Assembly (NCBI GenBank): GCA_010356995.1
Contig: ML996709.1
Location: forward strand, 262,606-326,605
Origin: Trichodelitschia bisporula
Taxonomy: Eukaryota
DNA: 64,000 bases
Reading direction: 5' to 3'
Shown: positions 1 through 11,628 of the stretch, in pieces
How positions within the stretch are numbered: the stretch's first letter is position 1
How the letters are laid out: every line of letters starts with the position of its first letter
The notes under the pieces: generated by a model
Seen by the model: the letters and a program-made list of their open reading frames with translations, nothing else
The model's database searches: none
Told to the model about the DNA's origin: nothing
Program-made: the position numbers and the translations under genes

Positions 1-2480
1 CCACACCTCCCAAATCAACCCTTACGCGCCTCACCCCCTCCCTGCGCCTCACCCCCCCCCCCGCAACCGCCTTCCAAAACCACCTCCCCTCCTTATGCGC
101 ATACAGCGTCCACGCTTTCCCCGCCGTTCCCGCCCGCGCCGTGCGCCCCACGCGGTGCACATACCCCGTGAGGCTGCGGGGCATGTCGTAGTTGATGACG
201 TGGGCGAGGCCGGGGAGATCGAGGCCCCGGGAGGCGCGGTCGGAGGCGATTAGGATGCGGAGGCGGCCGGTGCGGAAGGCGGAGAGGGTGCGCCGGGTTG
301 TGGAGGTTGAGGCGGATTTGGTTAGGGTGCCGATGAGGGGGGTGTAGGGGGGGTGGAGGGTGGTGAGGAGGTGGGAGAGGCGGGAGGCGTTTTCAGCGTC
401 GTTGGTGAAGATTAGGACGGTGGGGCGAGGGGAGGTGGTGGCGGATGACGAGGTGGGGGCGATGGGCGGGGAAACGGGTAAGCAGGAGGCATCTGAGTCT
501 ATGGATGTGGCGTCTGAATCCGAGTCGGACGATGCTGGGCTAGAGCTGGAATCAGAGTCTGAGTCTGAGTCTGAGTCTGAGTCCGAGTCCGAATCCGAGT
601 CTGAGTCCGAGCCTGAGTCCGATTCCGAGTCTGAGCTCGAGATATCCGAATCGGTATTAGCCACGGTTTTCCGGCTCGGCTGGGCATCCCCTCCCGCATA
701 ATCATCCGTATCCCCAAAAATATCCAGCAGCAGCCGCAGCAGGTACAGCGGCTTGTCAGAACCCTCGCCAACCGGGATTGCGCTCTCCTCAAGATTGGAG
801 GGCAACTCAATGGTCTCGGCAGCGCTCGGCGTCTCGGCGTTGCCCGGCCCAGCCTCACCCACGACATCGACCAAGACAGGCAGTCGCAGATTCAGCGCCG
901 CCAACGCGCGCAGGTCCCGCGTCATTGTGGCGCTGAGCACAACCTTCCTAACATACGGCGGCTGGACCACGCGCTTGGCCTCCGTGAGCAGCGATTCCAG
1001 CGCTGTGGGCTTGCCCGGCGCGTTGATTGCACCTAGAATGGTGCTGACCCACTGCTGGAAGCTCTCGTCCAGCAACCGATCCGCCTCATCGATGACGAGC
1101 CACTCGACGTGTCTTAGGGAGAACCCCGGCGTTGTGCGGATGTGGTCGACCAGGCGTCCGGGCGTCGTGATCAGGATGTCGACCTCAGAGGTATACTCCG
1201 GCACGTGATTTGGGAGCAGGTTGGCCAGGCGCCGCGCCGCGCTGCCGTCTTCGTCTTCGTCGTAGCCGAGGAGCGCTGCTTGCTTGGCCTCCTCGTGCAT
1301 AGCCGCCGCGGCTGCGAGATCGTAGCGCTGGCCGACATGGACGAGGCGCTCGCGTTCCGTATGGAGAGCGACGTTGCCAACGGCGGTGCCGACCTTGACG
1401 CCTGTGCCTGCGATGCACAATTCGGCGGTTTCCCGCACCTGTGCGACAAGCTCGCGGGTCGGTACGACGATGATGCCGCGCAGCCGTGTCACCAGTTTTT
1501 GCTTGAACTGTTCGACCATTGGTAGGACGTAGGCTAGCGTTTTGCCTGAGCCTGTAGCCGCCGAGACGCAGACGTCGCCGTAGTACTGGAGGGGCCCGGG
1601 GAGCAGGAGCGGGAGCACCTTGGATTGTACGGCGAAGGCTTCGCGGTACCCGCGGGCTTGCAGGTTTTCGACGAGCTTGGCGCTTAGGTTGAGGTTGGAG
1701 AAAGGGACGCGCGTGGAGGACAGCTCGGTGAGTGGCTTCTGCAGCCATTCGGGGAGGACGGAAAAGGCGGGCACGGGAGGGAGCTTTGGCGCGGGTGCAG
1801 GTTGAGGAATGGGCTCCAGGCCTGCGGGTGAGTTAGTGTAAGCAAATGAGAAGTCAATGAGTCGTACCATGAAGCTCCACCGGTTCAGGCTCTTCCTCCT
1901 GCTCGACTTCGCCCGATTCGCGCGCCTGTTCGGCGATTTTGGCAGACTTTTGGAACTTGGCCAGGACGGCCTTGTGCTTGGACGTTTCTACATTCTCCGT
2001 TTCCGGGGAGTTTTCTTCCGCTTGTTTCTTCTTTTTGCGCTTCTCCGTAGATTCCGCTTCCACCTCATGTGCAGCTTCAGCTTCTGGTTCGTCTGGTGCT
2101 GCCCGGGTCTTGGACTTTTTAGACTTCTTCGGCTTCTCCGTTGCCTCCACTGGTTCCGCAGGCTCTACGGAGGCAGTGTCAGCCGCGTCAGCCATCGGCT
2201 CCTTCGGCTTTTTCGACTTCTTCGACTTCTTTTCGGCCACTGGGGCGATATCGGGTGCTTCGGTAGCTGTTCCGGTCTTCCGCTTCTTGTCTTTACTCCT
2301 GACTGCGACCTCTGCTTCAACTGGATGTGACGACTCAGGCTCCGGAGCTTCTATCCTCTTGCGCTTCTTCGCCTTTTTTATCTCTGGTTCTCTCGACTCG
2401 ACGGCAACTTCTGGTGCAGGCTGCTGAGCGGGTTGCGGAGCCTTTGGAGGGACATAGCGGGCGTAGAGGGGTCCGGCCAT
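1..2480 (-). CDS. DBP6: ATP-dependent DEAD-box RNA helicase (60S biogenesis); 3' end runs off the window
   Basis: ATG at 2480 (MAGPLYARYVPP); intron 1822-1867 (GTACGA...CTAAC...CAG). Exon 2 reads Q motif AFAVQ, motif I AATGSGKT, VPTREL, TPGRL, VIDEAD, LSAT, SDRASRGLD and HRVGRTAR. Lys/Glu-rich N-terminus. Confidence 0.9.
545..640. repeat. Hexamer microsatellite (GAGTCY)n encoding a poly(Ser-Asp) tract inside DBP6
   Basis: gagtct/gagtcc/gaatcc units repeated about 14 times; the minus-strand DBP6 frame reads SDSDSD. Confidence 0.85.
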
Positions 2481-2816
2481 GTCGACGGCGTGGCCTGAAG
2501 TGAGGCCAAAGGAATTGCTGTAGTTAGCAAAGTCTCGAAGCTGAAAAGTAGATAGCAAGCGGAATATCGACTCAAGTGACAATTGCGTCGTTGTGCATGT
2601 CGCGATGCATGTGGTGCTGCTTGTCCGCAACTTTTCGAGATCTGCGCCGGAGCGGCACCACATTCTGCCGAGGGACGACATCGCGTGGTCACATGTCATC
2701 CAGGGGAATCGCTAAGGACCAGCTTGAACTCTCCACTTCATCAACCGTAATGAACAATCGCCTCGTTCTTATCACCAAATTGGCAATTGTGTCTTTCTCT
2801 CGTTAAGACTGCAGCC

Positions 2817-4456
2817 ATGACGTACAGGATTGCGTGAGTTGTAGGCCAGAACGATGTGCTGATAGGCGGCTAACAGGCCAGTATGGTCAGCGACTTCTTC
2901 TACCCCCAGCCGGGTAAGCCTTCTCTCCCGTCTCCAGCTCCACTGACCTTGTAGGCGGAGTCGAGAGTCATATCTACCAGCTGTCCACAGTGAGCCTCTG
3001 TTGCTTCGGTCCTAACATCCGCTAACCGTCAGAAACTTATCGACCGCGGCCACAAGGTCATCATCATCACCCACGCCTATAAGGGCCGCACCGGCGTGCG
3101 CTACCTCACCAACGGCCTCAAGGTGTACCATGTGCCATTCTTCGTCATCTACCGCGAAACGACATTTCCAACCGTCTTTTCCTTCTTCCCCATCTTCCGC
3201 AACATCATCATCCGCGAAGGGATCGAGATCGTCCACGGCCATGCCAGCCTGAGCAACCTGTGCCACGAGGCCATCCTGCATGCGCGCACCATGGGCTTGC
3301 GTACTGTTTTTACCGACCACTCGCTGTTTGGATTCGCAGATGCGGCCAGTATCCTGACCAACAAGCTGCTCAAATTCACCCTCAGCGATGTCGACCACGT
3401 GATTTGCGTGAGCCATACCTGGTACGCGCTCTATTGCCGTCCTATCCCCCTCTAACCCCCCACAGCAAGGAAAATACCGTCCTACGCGCCTCTCTCGACC
3501 CACTCATGGTATCCGTCATCCCCAACGCCGTTGTCGCCGAAAACTTCCGCCCCCGCCAACCCTCCGAGCCCCTGCCCCCCTCCTCCCACGACACCATTAC
3601 CATCGTCGTCATCTCCCGCCTCTTCTACAACAAAGGCACCGACCTCCTCATCGCCGCCATCCCACGCATCTGCAGCCTGCACCCAAACGTGCGCTTCCTA
3701 ATCGCCGGCTCCGGCCCCAAAGCCATCGACGTCGAGCAAATGCTCGAACGCAACGTCCTCCACGACCGCGTCGAAATGCTCGGTCCCATCCGGCACGAGG
3801 AAGTCCGCGACGTCATGATCCGGGGGCACATTTACCTACACCCGTCCCTGACCGAAGCTTTTGGCACCGTCATCGTCGAAGCCGCGTCTTGTGGGCTGTA
3901 CGTCGTGTGCACCCGCGTCGGCGGCATCCCCGAAGTCCTCCCGCCCCACATGACCACCTTCGCCAAGCCAGAAGAAGACGACCTCGTCGCGGCGACCTGC
4001 CACGCCATCTCCCTCCTCAAGGCTGGCAAGTTGTCGACCCACCGCTTCCACGAGCAGGTCCGCGACATGTACTCCTGGACCGACGTCGCCGCCCGCACCG
4101 AGCGCGTCTACGACGGCATCAGCGGCGTGTTATCGGCGGAGGCCTTCTACGGCGCGCGCACGCCGGGCGACGCCGCGGCCGCGGCCGCAGCGACCTGGGC
4201 AAGGGGCCGCGCCGGCGTGACGAGCTTCGCGCTTATCGATCGGCTGAAGCGCTACTACGGGTGTGGCATCTGGGCGGGCAAGTTGTTCTGCTTGTGCGTC
4301 GTGGTCGATTACCTCTTGTACGTGGTCCTCGAGATATTCGCGCCGCGCGCGCGCATCGATCGCGTGCGCGACTGGCCGCGCAAGGCGCCGGGACTGGACG
4401 GAGATCACGACGCGCCGAGAGCAAGACGATTGAGAAACAAGAGCTGGGGGAACTGA
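2817..4456 (+). CDS. GPI3: Phosphatidylinositol N-acetylglucosaminyltransferase catalytic subunit (PIG-A/SPT14, GT4)
   Basis: Spliced ORF with introns 2834-2881, 2914-2954, 2990-3032 and 3422-3465: [27 protein letters not shown]...[12 protein letters not shown]...[12 protein letters not shown]...[18 protein letters not shown], followed by a C-terminal TM helix. Confidence 0.96.
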
Positions 4457-4597
4457 TTACCGCCCGTTGCGGGCCGTGAAGCTATGTACATGAAAGAGCG
4501 CGGGCGGATGCTGAGGCCGGCATCGCGCGCATGCTAATTACAAGCGGGGGAATATAATTGCGGACGCGCGCAGAAAAACAGAAAAAGGCCAAAATGT

Positions 4598-5341
4598 TCA
4601 GGAATAAGACCCCAGGGCCGGGTTGCTCCACATCCAGTACTCGGCCGCGTATTGCACCTCGAAGGCGGGTTTCTGGCCCTCGCACGTCGGCGGCGGTTGG
4701 CCACCCGCTGTGTTCACGCGGTATACCTCGCTGATGGTGCACCCGTCGCGGCTCTTGCTCGTCAGTTTGAGCCAGGGGACATTCGTCTTCGGGTCCGTGG
4801 GCGCGTCTGTGGCGTTTGCCTTCTTGCACCCGACCTTCCCCCACTCGTGCCCCGCGGCATCGAGATCGAAGGTCGGGGTCGTGAGATCGGCGAAGTAGTG
4901 CTTCCCGCTCAGGAACAAATTGACAGGCGCGAGGGACGGCGTGATGGGCACGGGGAAGTGCAGCGCTATGCCGGGCAACACTTGCAGCAGGGGCGTGTAG
5001 GGCGCGGCGAGGCAGGTTACATTGAATAGCGTGGCGAGGGCGCCGGCGGCGACGGGCACGGCGTCGCGCGTGCTGTTGGCGCAGGTGTAGTTCTGGGTTC
5101 CGCGGCCGAGGGCGACGTGTTGCAGGATGAGGCCGGCGGAGGGGGGAAGTGACGTACCGACGGGCATTTTGGCGGTGCTCAGATTGCACACCCCGGCGCC
5201 GGTGGCCCGTTTGCTGAGCCCGGACTCGCCGGTGAAGCGTTCGGCGAGCACGGCTCTGGCGTCTGCTTCTCGTGCGTCGAGGGCGGGGAGGGCGAGGGCG
5301 AGGGGCGCGAGGGCGAGGGAAAGGAGGGTTGCGAAACGCAT
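4598..5341 (-). CDS. Secreted DUF3455-type fungal protein (often mislabelled 'malate dehydrogenase')
   Basis: Signal peptide MRFATLLSLALAPLALA; motifs HVALGRGTQNYTC, GALATLF, GKHYF, VPWLKL, VYRVNTAGGQPP and FEVQYAAEYW. Confidence 0.85.
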   Translation of the reverse strand: MRFATLLSLALAPLALALPALDAREADARAVLAERFTGESGLSKRATGAGVCNLSTAKMPVGTSLPPSAGLILQHVALGRGTQNYTCANSTRDAVPVAAGALATLFNVTCLAAPYTPLLQVLPGIALHFPVPITPSLAPVNLFLSGKHYFADLTTPTFDLDAAGHEWGKVGCKKANATDAPTDPKTNVPWLKLTSKSRDGCTISEVYRVNTAGGQPPPTCEGQKPAFEVQYAAEYWMWSNPALGSYS

Positions 5342-7400
5342 TTTTGAGATCTGGTGGTTGTGCAAAGTGATGAGGGTGTACGACTTCGGTGCTTTTATCC
5401 TGTCAGATCGATCGTCTCGCCTGTTACGAAAATAGGCGCCAGGCGGGCCGTGAGATTGTCGTAGCCGTGAGCGTAAGCTCGAGGCGAGGCGGTGATGGCG
5501 GGGGGGGGGGGGTGGTGTGTATTAAGCGGCCGCACAGCGGACCTAGTTTTCAGACGTAGGAAAAAAAAAGAGAACCGAGAGACCCAGACACAACCGTTGA
5601 CGATATGAAAAAAAGTGACGTTAGGAAAAAGTGACCAGCAGCAACAAACAGCAAGATGCAACCCACTCGGCCGCCCGCCCGTCTATATACAAAGCAACAG
5701 GTGGACAGGAACGGTGTGTACGCGCACCCACCCGTCCCACGGGCGCCTATTCAGGACGACCTTCTACCCGCCCGCTGCTGCTGGCCGGGGGTATTTTTAG
5801 GCCGGGTAGGTGATTGGCGGGTAGGTCGGGAGCCGCATGCGGGTCTGGCCAATGGCGTGCGCAGGGAGGGCGGGAGGGCGCGGGTTGGCTTGTGGGTTGG
5901 CCGGGGGGGGCGCCGGTGGCAGGGGTGGATGGTGGGAGGGGCGGGAAATGAGTGCTAATTGGGCTGGAAGGGGTAAAGCGGCGGAATGGTATATGTGGTT
6001 AATTGCCGCAGATGGGCTAGGGCGGCGGGTGAGCTGGCGGGTGAGCGTTGGTGGCCGCTGTGGCGCCTTTCGAGAAGACGTGGATAGCGTATGATTTTTA
6101 GCGGTGGGGGAGCGGGCAATAGCGCTTGCGGTACGGACGGGTGGTGCCGCGGGCGCGTGGGGGGCTTGGGTGGGGTCTTGGTGCTCTTGGTGGGGAGGAC
6201 TGCAGGTGGTGACTGAATGATGGGGAGGACGAGGAGGGTGGTGAGGCTGAACGTCAACATCTCGCCGATGTCAACATCGATCGTCGCTCGCACAGCCCTT
6301 CCACCCATACGTCCAAACCCCACACACCCTCGAAACCCCTCCACATGAACTGACGCGCAGCAAACAAAACCATCAGCCATCAAACAAGCACCCAATCACC
6401 CTCTCTTCCCCCACCCTCCAACGCCCTATCTTCCCAAAGCAGGGTATTTACCCTCCATTCCCTCCACCAATAACGCTCCGCCACCCCGCGTCCTGAAACA
6501 GCTCAATTAGCCCTTATTCTTTGAACGAATCACACTCCAGCCTCCGAGCCGCTAATCTCCCAAAATACTCCCAATTGCCAGCTAATTTACCCACCCCCCC
6601 GCCCACCAGCTTGGCTTAACGGGCGGCTGCTGACACCGGACTAACCGCATCGGGGACGCGCGAGGCTGGGCTTGCCACTCACCGTACGACAAAAACACTG
6701 CCGGCTGTGCAGCACGGTTAGCAAGCAGTGCGAGCGCCGAGTTTACAACCGCGCTTTAGGCGAAAGAGAAGGTTTGCGGAGGATATCCTCCGTGGGCTTG
6801 CTTGCGCGCGTGCCGGACGAGGCCAGCGGTGCGAACGACGGCGGGAATTGGCGGCGCGTACGTGATTTTCCCAGCCTGGAGGTGCTGGGGAAGCGGGGGA
6901 TGTACGCTGGGATGGCAGCGCGATGTGGTGGCACGCGGACGGCTCTCGTTCCCGTGGACCAAGCGTTCACAGCGGGTGCGGGCACTTGATTGCGCTAGAT
7001 GCAGATTGCGGTGCACGATGGACAATGTTGCTGTGTTGTCAGCATGCACCTATTACGGCGAGAAAGCGAGACACGCAGCCGTTCTTTCCGTTCTTGCCGC
7101 GGGGAAACGGAAACAGGCGTCCACAGGCTGACGGTTGCGTGGCCGCTGTACTGAAGGTTCGGGGAGGGTATGCATGCCCAGACCGGGAGCGAGAGACAGC
7201 ATCTGCATCGTTTAGGTGTGCGTCTGCAGTCTCACTCGCCCCGCACACTTGGAACATTCACCCAGCCACGGTACGCACGGCTCCCATCCCCCGTCTCACA
7301 GCTCGCATCTCACACCCGTACCAACGACGCACAATCCACAATACCATTCAACAATATCTACATGAAAGAACCCCCCAAACAACCCCCCCTCACCGCCGTT

Positions 7401-7917
7401 CTACTCCGATCCATGGCTATGCCCATGCCCATCCCCCTTGGCAGCCTTCGGCGACGCACCCTTCGGCGACCCGCCCTTGGGGAACCCACCGGCACCCGCA
7501 CCCTTGGGCGCGCCGCCCATGCCAGGCATACCGCCCATCCCGCCCTTGGGCAGCCCGCCCGCGCCGCCCTTGGGGAACCCACCGGCACCACCAGCACCCT
7601 TGGGCAAACCGCCCGCGCCACCCTTAGGGAAGCCGCCCTTGGGGAAACCACTTCGACACATCAGCACTATCCACATAAATAAGAACCAGGGAAGCATACC
7701 TAGGGAAAGTAAAGCCACTCGGCAGCGGCGGCAGGGTAAACCCGCTCGGCAGGGTGAGCCCGCTCGGGAAGCTCGGCAGCTTCGGGACCGTCGGTGTCGG
7801 CGCCAGGGTGGGGACTTGCTTCGGGGCGACGGCCGCGGCGGGCATTTCATCCTCGTCGGGTCCGTGGGCGGACGCGAAGGCGCTGAGCGCGGCGACGAAG
7901 AGCAGGGAAAGCTTCAT
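7401..7917 (-). CDS. Small secreted Gly/Pro-rich repeat protein (155 aa)
   Basis: Signal peptide MKLSLLFVAALSAFASA. Intron 7651-7699 (GTATGC...GCTGAT...AAG) joins the PSGFT repeats in frame to the GFPKG repeats; ends GHGHSHGSE*. TATA-like ATATATAA about 110 nt upstream. Confidence 0.75.
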
Positions 7918-9877
7918 GGTAAAGAGCGTGGGGTGGTTTTGGAAGGAGTGGAAGGTGTTTGGGGGTTGTGTTGATGGTGTGGTTGCGGTTGCTGTTGGAG
8001 GTGGAGATAAGGCGTGATGACGGGTGTTATATATGCGGTGTAGAGTATGGGGGATGGGCGGGTTTGCCTCCCGCCCAGGCTTGCCATCCCGGAGCGTTTC
8101 GCTGTCCCCCGAGGCCAATCTCGCGCCATGCCGCCATCACTCGAGCGGGGAAATCGCATCCAAAAAACCTGCTCATTAATCTTCCTCGCCTGCCATGCAC
8201 CATCCGCGCGGGCAGCAGGCAGCGAGCGCGCGACCCATGACGTGCAAATGTCCCCAGTGGCACACGGACGGGTTCTGGCTCGCGAATGGTGGAAGTCTCG
8301 GTCGCGAGCCGAGCGAGAGTCATATACGCTCGGGCCAGAGGGAGATCGTGTGCCCCGCACGGGGCTGCTAAACAAAGACGCGGGTTCTCGCACGCGATAA
8401 GGCTTCTTCGAGAAATTCTGGGGCGAATCAGCTGGCCGGTGGGTTAATCTGGCCCTGCGCATAAGGGGTGCGTCGGATTAATTTGATGAAGCTGTCATGC
8501 TCGGCTGCGAAGCCGACATGAGGGGGTTTGAGGCAATGAGGGCAGGGCGGAATGTGGAATCGCAGCAATCAGGTCGCGGGGTGGAATCCGGGTCTGAGAG
8601 AAGCTCTGCCCGGGTATCCGCGTGGCGGAAGGCGGAAGTATCGTGAGACATCTCGAATGTCGCTTGAAACTCCTGATGCGCGGATCTGCAGTCAATCGGA
8701 AGTCTTAGACCATCGTTAGCGGATCAAGGTGAGAATCTCCGCGTGGTCCATGATACTTGCGCTACTGCTAATGCCGGGATAACGGGACTGTAGTACGCAA
8801 TATATCTCCAACGAGATTGATGAAGTCGGCACCACGTAAACCCGCGCCGTGAGCCGAGCGCGGAAATACGTGGTTGGTGTATTTTCTCTGTCTTTGTCTA
8901 AACCGTAGATCGCGTGCCGCCACTCGTATGATTGTGATGTGCGAGGGATGGCGGTCATCAGACGTCGCCCAGCCTACAGCCTCATTTCCGTTAATCTGGA
9001 CTTCTTCCATGGCAATGGCAAATCTCTGAGCATCAGCGCGCTCCGCAATGCCAACTCAATTGAAGCTCGCTCCCGTAAAGCTTGTTGCGAGTGTGGTCGG
9101 CTGTTTGGGCCGGTAATCGGACGCTAGATTGCCCTCATTTGGGGGGCTGAGGCAGATCTGCGCGAGATCTAAATACTATGAGATGAGAGGCGATGAGATG
9201 CCGAGAACCCCGCTTTGAGGGAGCGGGTTATAGGACCGGAGATGGGTCGATCGACACCATGGTGTAGACATGACGAGATGTTAGCAGGAGTCTTGTTCTT
9301 TGACCGAGAGATGTTAGCGCGGTGGCAAGACCGGTGGCAGTCTGGATGCCATAGACATTTTTGCAGCCCCGTCTTACAGGCTTCTAGGCCGTAAAGACTC
9401 GAAGATACTCATCGTGACGAGGTGTGAGACGTGACTTTGCGATGCTGTGACAATGGACGTGCTGTGGACATAGCAAAGGGCAGTTAAGCATAGGGATTGT
9501 CGTGCTAAAATTGACTACCGAAGTACTTCTAAGATTGGAACATGACAAAATAGCCGAAACAGTGAGGGCAAGGTGAAGCCATTATTTGGGTGACAGTTGT
9601 TGTCGGGATGACAGTTGGTGGGGGACAAGTGGCGATGTTGGCAAGTTAACAGCCGGAACATCAATCATCCGAATGTCGCGATGTTTTTGCTCGGCTTCAC
9701 GAGACGGTCACCATCCCACGAGCAAAGAAGTCACAATGAGATTCACAAGTATCACGTTCACTCCCATAAGCCTTTAATAACAAAAAAAAAGACAGACTGA
9801 ATTCATGTTGAATATGAGATGCGTACTACAAGAGAAAAGAAAAGGCAAGGAAAGCAGCCGTCACCTCAACCTCACCC

Positions 9878-11413
9878 TCACCCCTCCATCTCCTTATCCT
9901 TCACCTCACCCTTCTCAATCACAACCCCCTTCTCATCCCCAACATCCACCTCAACCTTCTCATAATCCCCATCACTCTCCCCATCCGTCTTGAGCAACTT
10001 AACAACAAGCACGCCCTCCACCAAATCAACCTCAATCACCGGCCCACTCTCAAACCCCCCCACCGCCACCACCCGCGCAAAATACCCCACCCTCCTCTCC
10101 CCCAACACCCTCCCCCTAACCAGCTCCTCCACATCTTCGCCGGGGACATGCACAACCCCCCCAACCATCAACCGCCCATCCTCAAACTGCACATCCACAT
10201 CATCCAGCTTAACCCCCGGCACACTAAGATGCACAACCACCGCCGCCGGCGTATCGAACATATCCACCTCCGGCTCCCAAGCCCACGCGCTGTCCTGCTC
10301 ATATTCAGGCTCCTGCGCAGCCGGCGCCCCCGTAATCGCAGCCCACACCCGCTCGAGCCCCGGGCCTATATTCACAGTGATCATCGACGAGCTCGGCGCG
10401 GCGTCCCCGGCGAAAGGCTCGCGGCGCCAGCGGCGTGCGCCGTGGCCGTGGCCGTGGCCGTGGCCGTGGCCGTGGTGGCCGAAGCCGCGATGGCCGAATC
10501 CATGGTGCCCGCCGTGGCCGTGTGGCCCGCCGTGGCCGTGCGGACCACCGTGCGGGCCAAACCCATGCGGACCGCCATGATGCGGCCCGAACCCACGCGG
10601 CCCATGCCCATGTGGCCCACCGTGGAGCCCAAAGCCATGCGGCCCACCGTGCGGCCCAGCGGGATGTCCCTGCCCGCCACGCGGACCACCAAATCCACCG
10701 AATCCGCTAAATGGCGCAGGACCAAAAAACGGAAACCCCCCCCCCATCGGCGCACCCATCGGCCCCACCATGCCAGGCGGACCCCAGAAGCCCGCACCAG
10801 CGCCATTCGGCGCGCAGAAGCCATGTCTGCCGCGGCCGCAGCGACGGCGGGAATCGGATTCGTTACCGCTCTCGCCTGAGGGGTTTGCGGCGCAGTGGCG
10901 ACGGCCGCGGCGCCAGGGGCCGCGGCGGCGGGATTCGGATGAGTCTTGTGCGTCGGGTTGTTGCTCGTTGGGGTTGTCGGTGGCCTTGTCGTTGGCGCTG
11001 GGCTCAGGGGCCTTATCCTTGCCCTTGCCCTTCTCAGCCTCATCCGCTTTCTCATTCAGAGTAGATGCCGGCGTGCCCCTCGCCGTAACACTCCCCTCAT
11101 CCTCGCTCTCATCCTCCACCGTAGCAGAAAACGGCGGCGGGGGCGTAGGCGGTGCGAACGAGACGTGAGGCGGTTGCGTCGGCGGGACGAAATGATTTGG
11201 CGGGGGACCCGGTGGGAACGAGCCGCCCGGGGCAGTCCAGACCGGCGGGCGCGGGGGAAAGAAAGAGGACTGCCATGTGGAGAAGTCGAATGCGTCCGGG
11301 TCGTCCTGGTTGCGCGGGTTGGTGTTGGTGCCCGGGCGCTGGGCGGCGAAGGCGGGGTGCGCGCCTAGGGCGGCGAAGAAGTCGTTCAGGTTTTGGGGTT
11401 GGGAAGAAGGCAT
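9878..11413 (-). CDS. Hsp20/alpha-crystallin domain protein with long Pro- and Gly/His-rich N-terminal extension
   Basis: 511-aa ORF; C-terminal WEPEVDMFDTPAAVVVHLSVPGV...GERRVGYFARVV...GVLVVKL is a typical alpha-crystallin domain. Confidence 0.85.
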   Translation of the reverse strand: MPSSQPQNLNDFFAALGAHPAFAAQRPGTNTNPRNQDDPDAFDFSTWQSSFFPPRPPVWTAPGGSFPPGPPPNHFVPPTQPPHVSFAPPTPPPPFSATVEDESEDEGSVTARGTPASTLNEKADEAEKGKGKDKAPEPSANDKATDNPNEQQPDAQDSSESRRRGPWRRGRRHCAANPSGESGNESDSRRRCGRGRHGFCAPNGAGAGFWGPPGMVGPMGAPMGGGFPFFGPAPFSGFGGFGGPRGGQGHPAGPHGGPHGFGLHGGPHGHGPRGFGPHHGGPHGFGPHGGPHGHGGPHGHGGHHGFGHRGFGHHGHGHGHGHGHGARRWRREPFAGDAAPSSSMITVNIGPGLERVWAAITGAPAAQEPEYEQDSAWAWEPEVDMFDTPAAVVVHLSVPGVKLDDVDVQFEDGRLMVGGVVHVPGEDVEELVRGRVLGERRVGYFARVVAVGGFESGPVIEVDLVEGVLVVKLLKTDGESDGDYEKVEVDVGDEKGVVIEKGEVKDKEMEG

Positions 11414-11613
11414 TGCGAAGCTTTCTGATCTTGGTACTTGATTCGAGAACTGGAGATGGAATGGTAGTGGAGCCGCGCGTGTTTATATATCCGCTCTCTA
11501 TGTTGGTAGTACGCAGGTAGGACTCGTGCCATGAGCACGGCATGGCCTTGCCCTCGCCACGCCAGGCACGCGCGTCTTACGCGGCCGCGAGGAATAAGGT
11601 TGTTAATCCATGG

Positions 11614-11628
11614 CGAAGGTTCGCGAAG
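11614..11628. promoter_or_regulatory. Heat-shock element (three inverted nGAAn units) upstream of the Hsp20 gene
   Basis: cGAAggTTCgcGAAg about 200 nt upstream of ATG 11413; TATA-like TATATAAA on the minus strand at about 11482-11489. Confidence 0.65.

Noticed and set aside
360..2427. Plus-strand ORFs including the poly-ES ORF 360-701
   Set aside because: Antisense shadows of DBP6; the repeat encodes poly-SD in the real frame.
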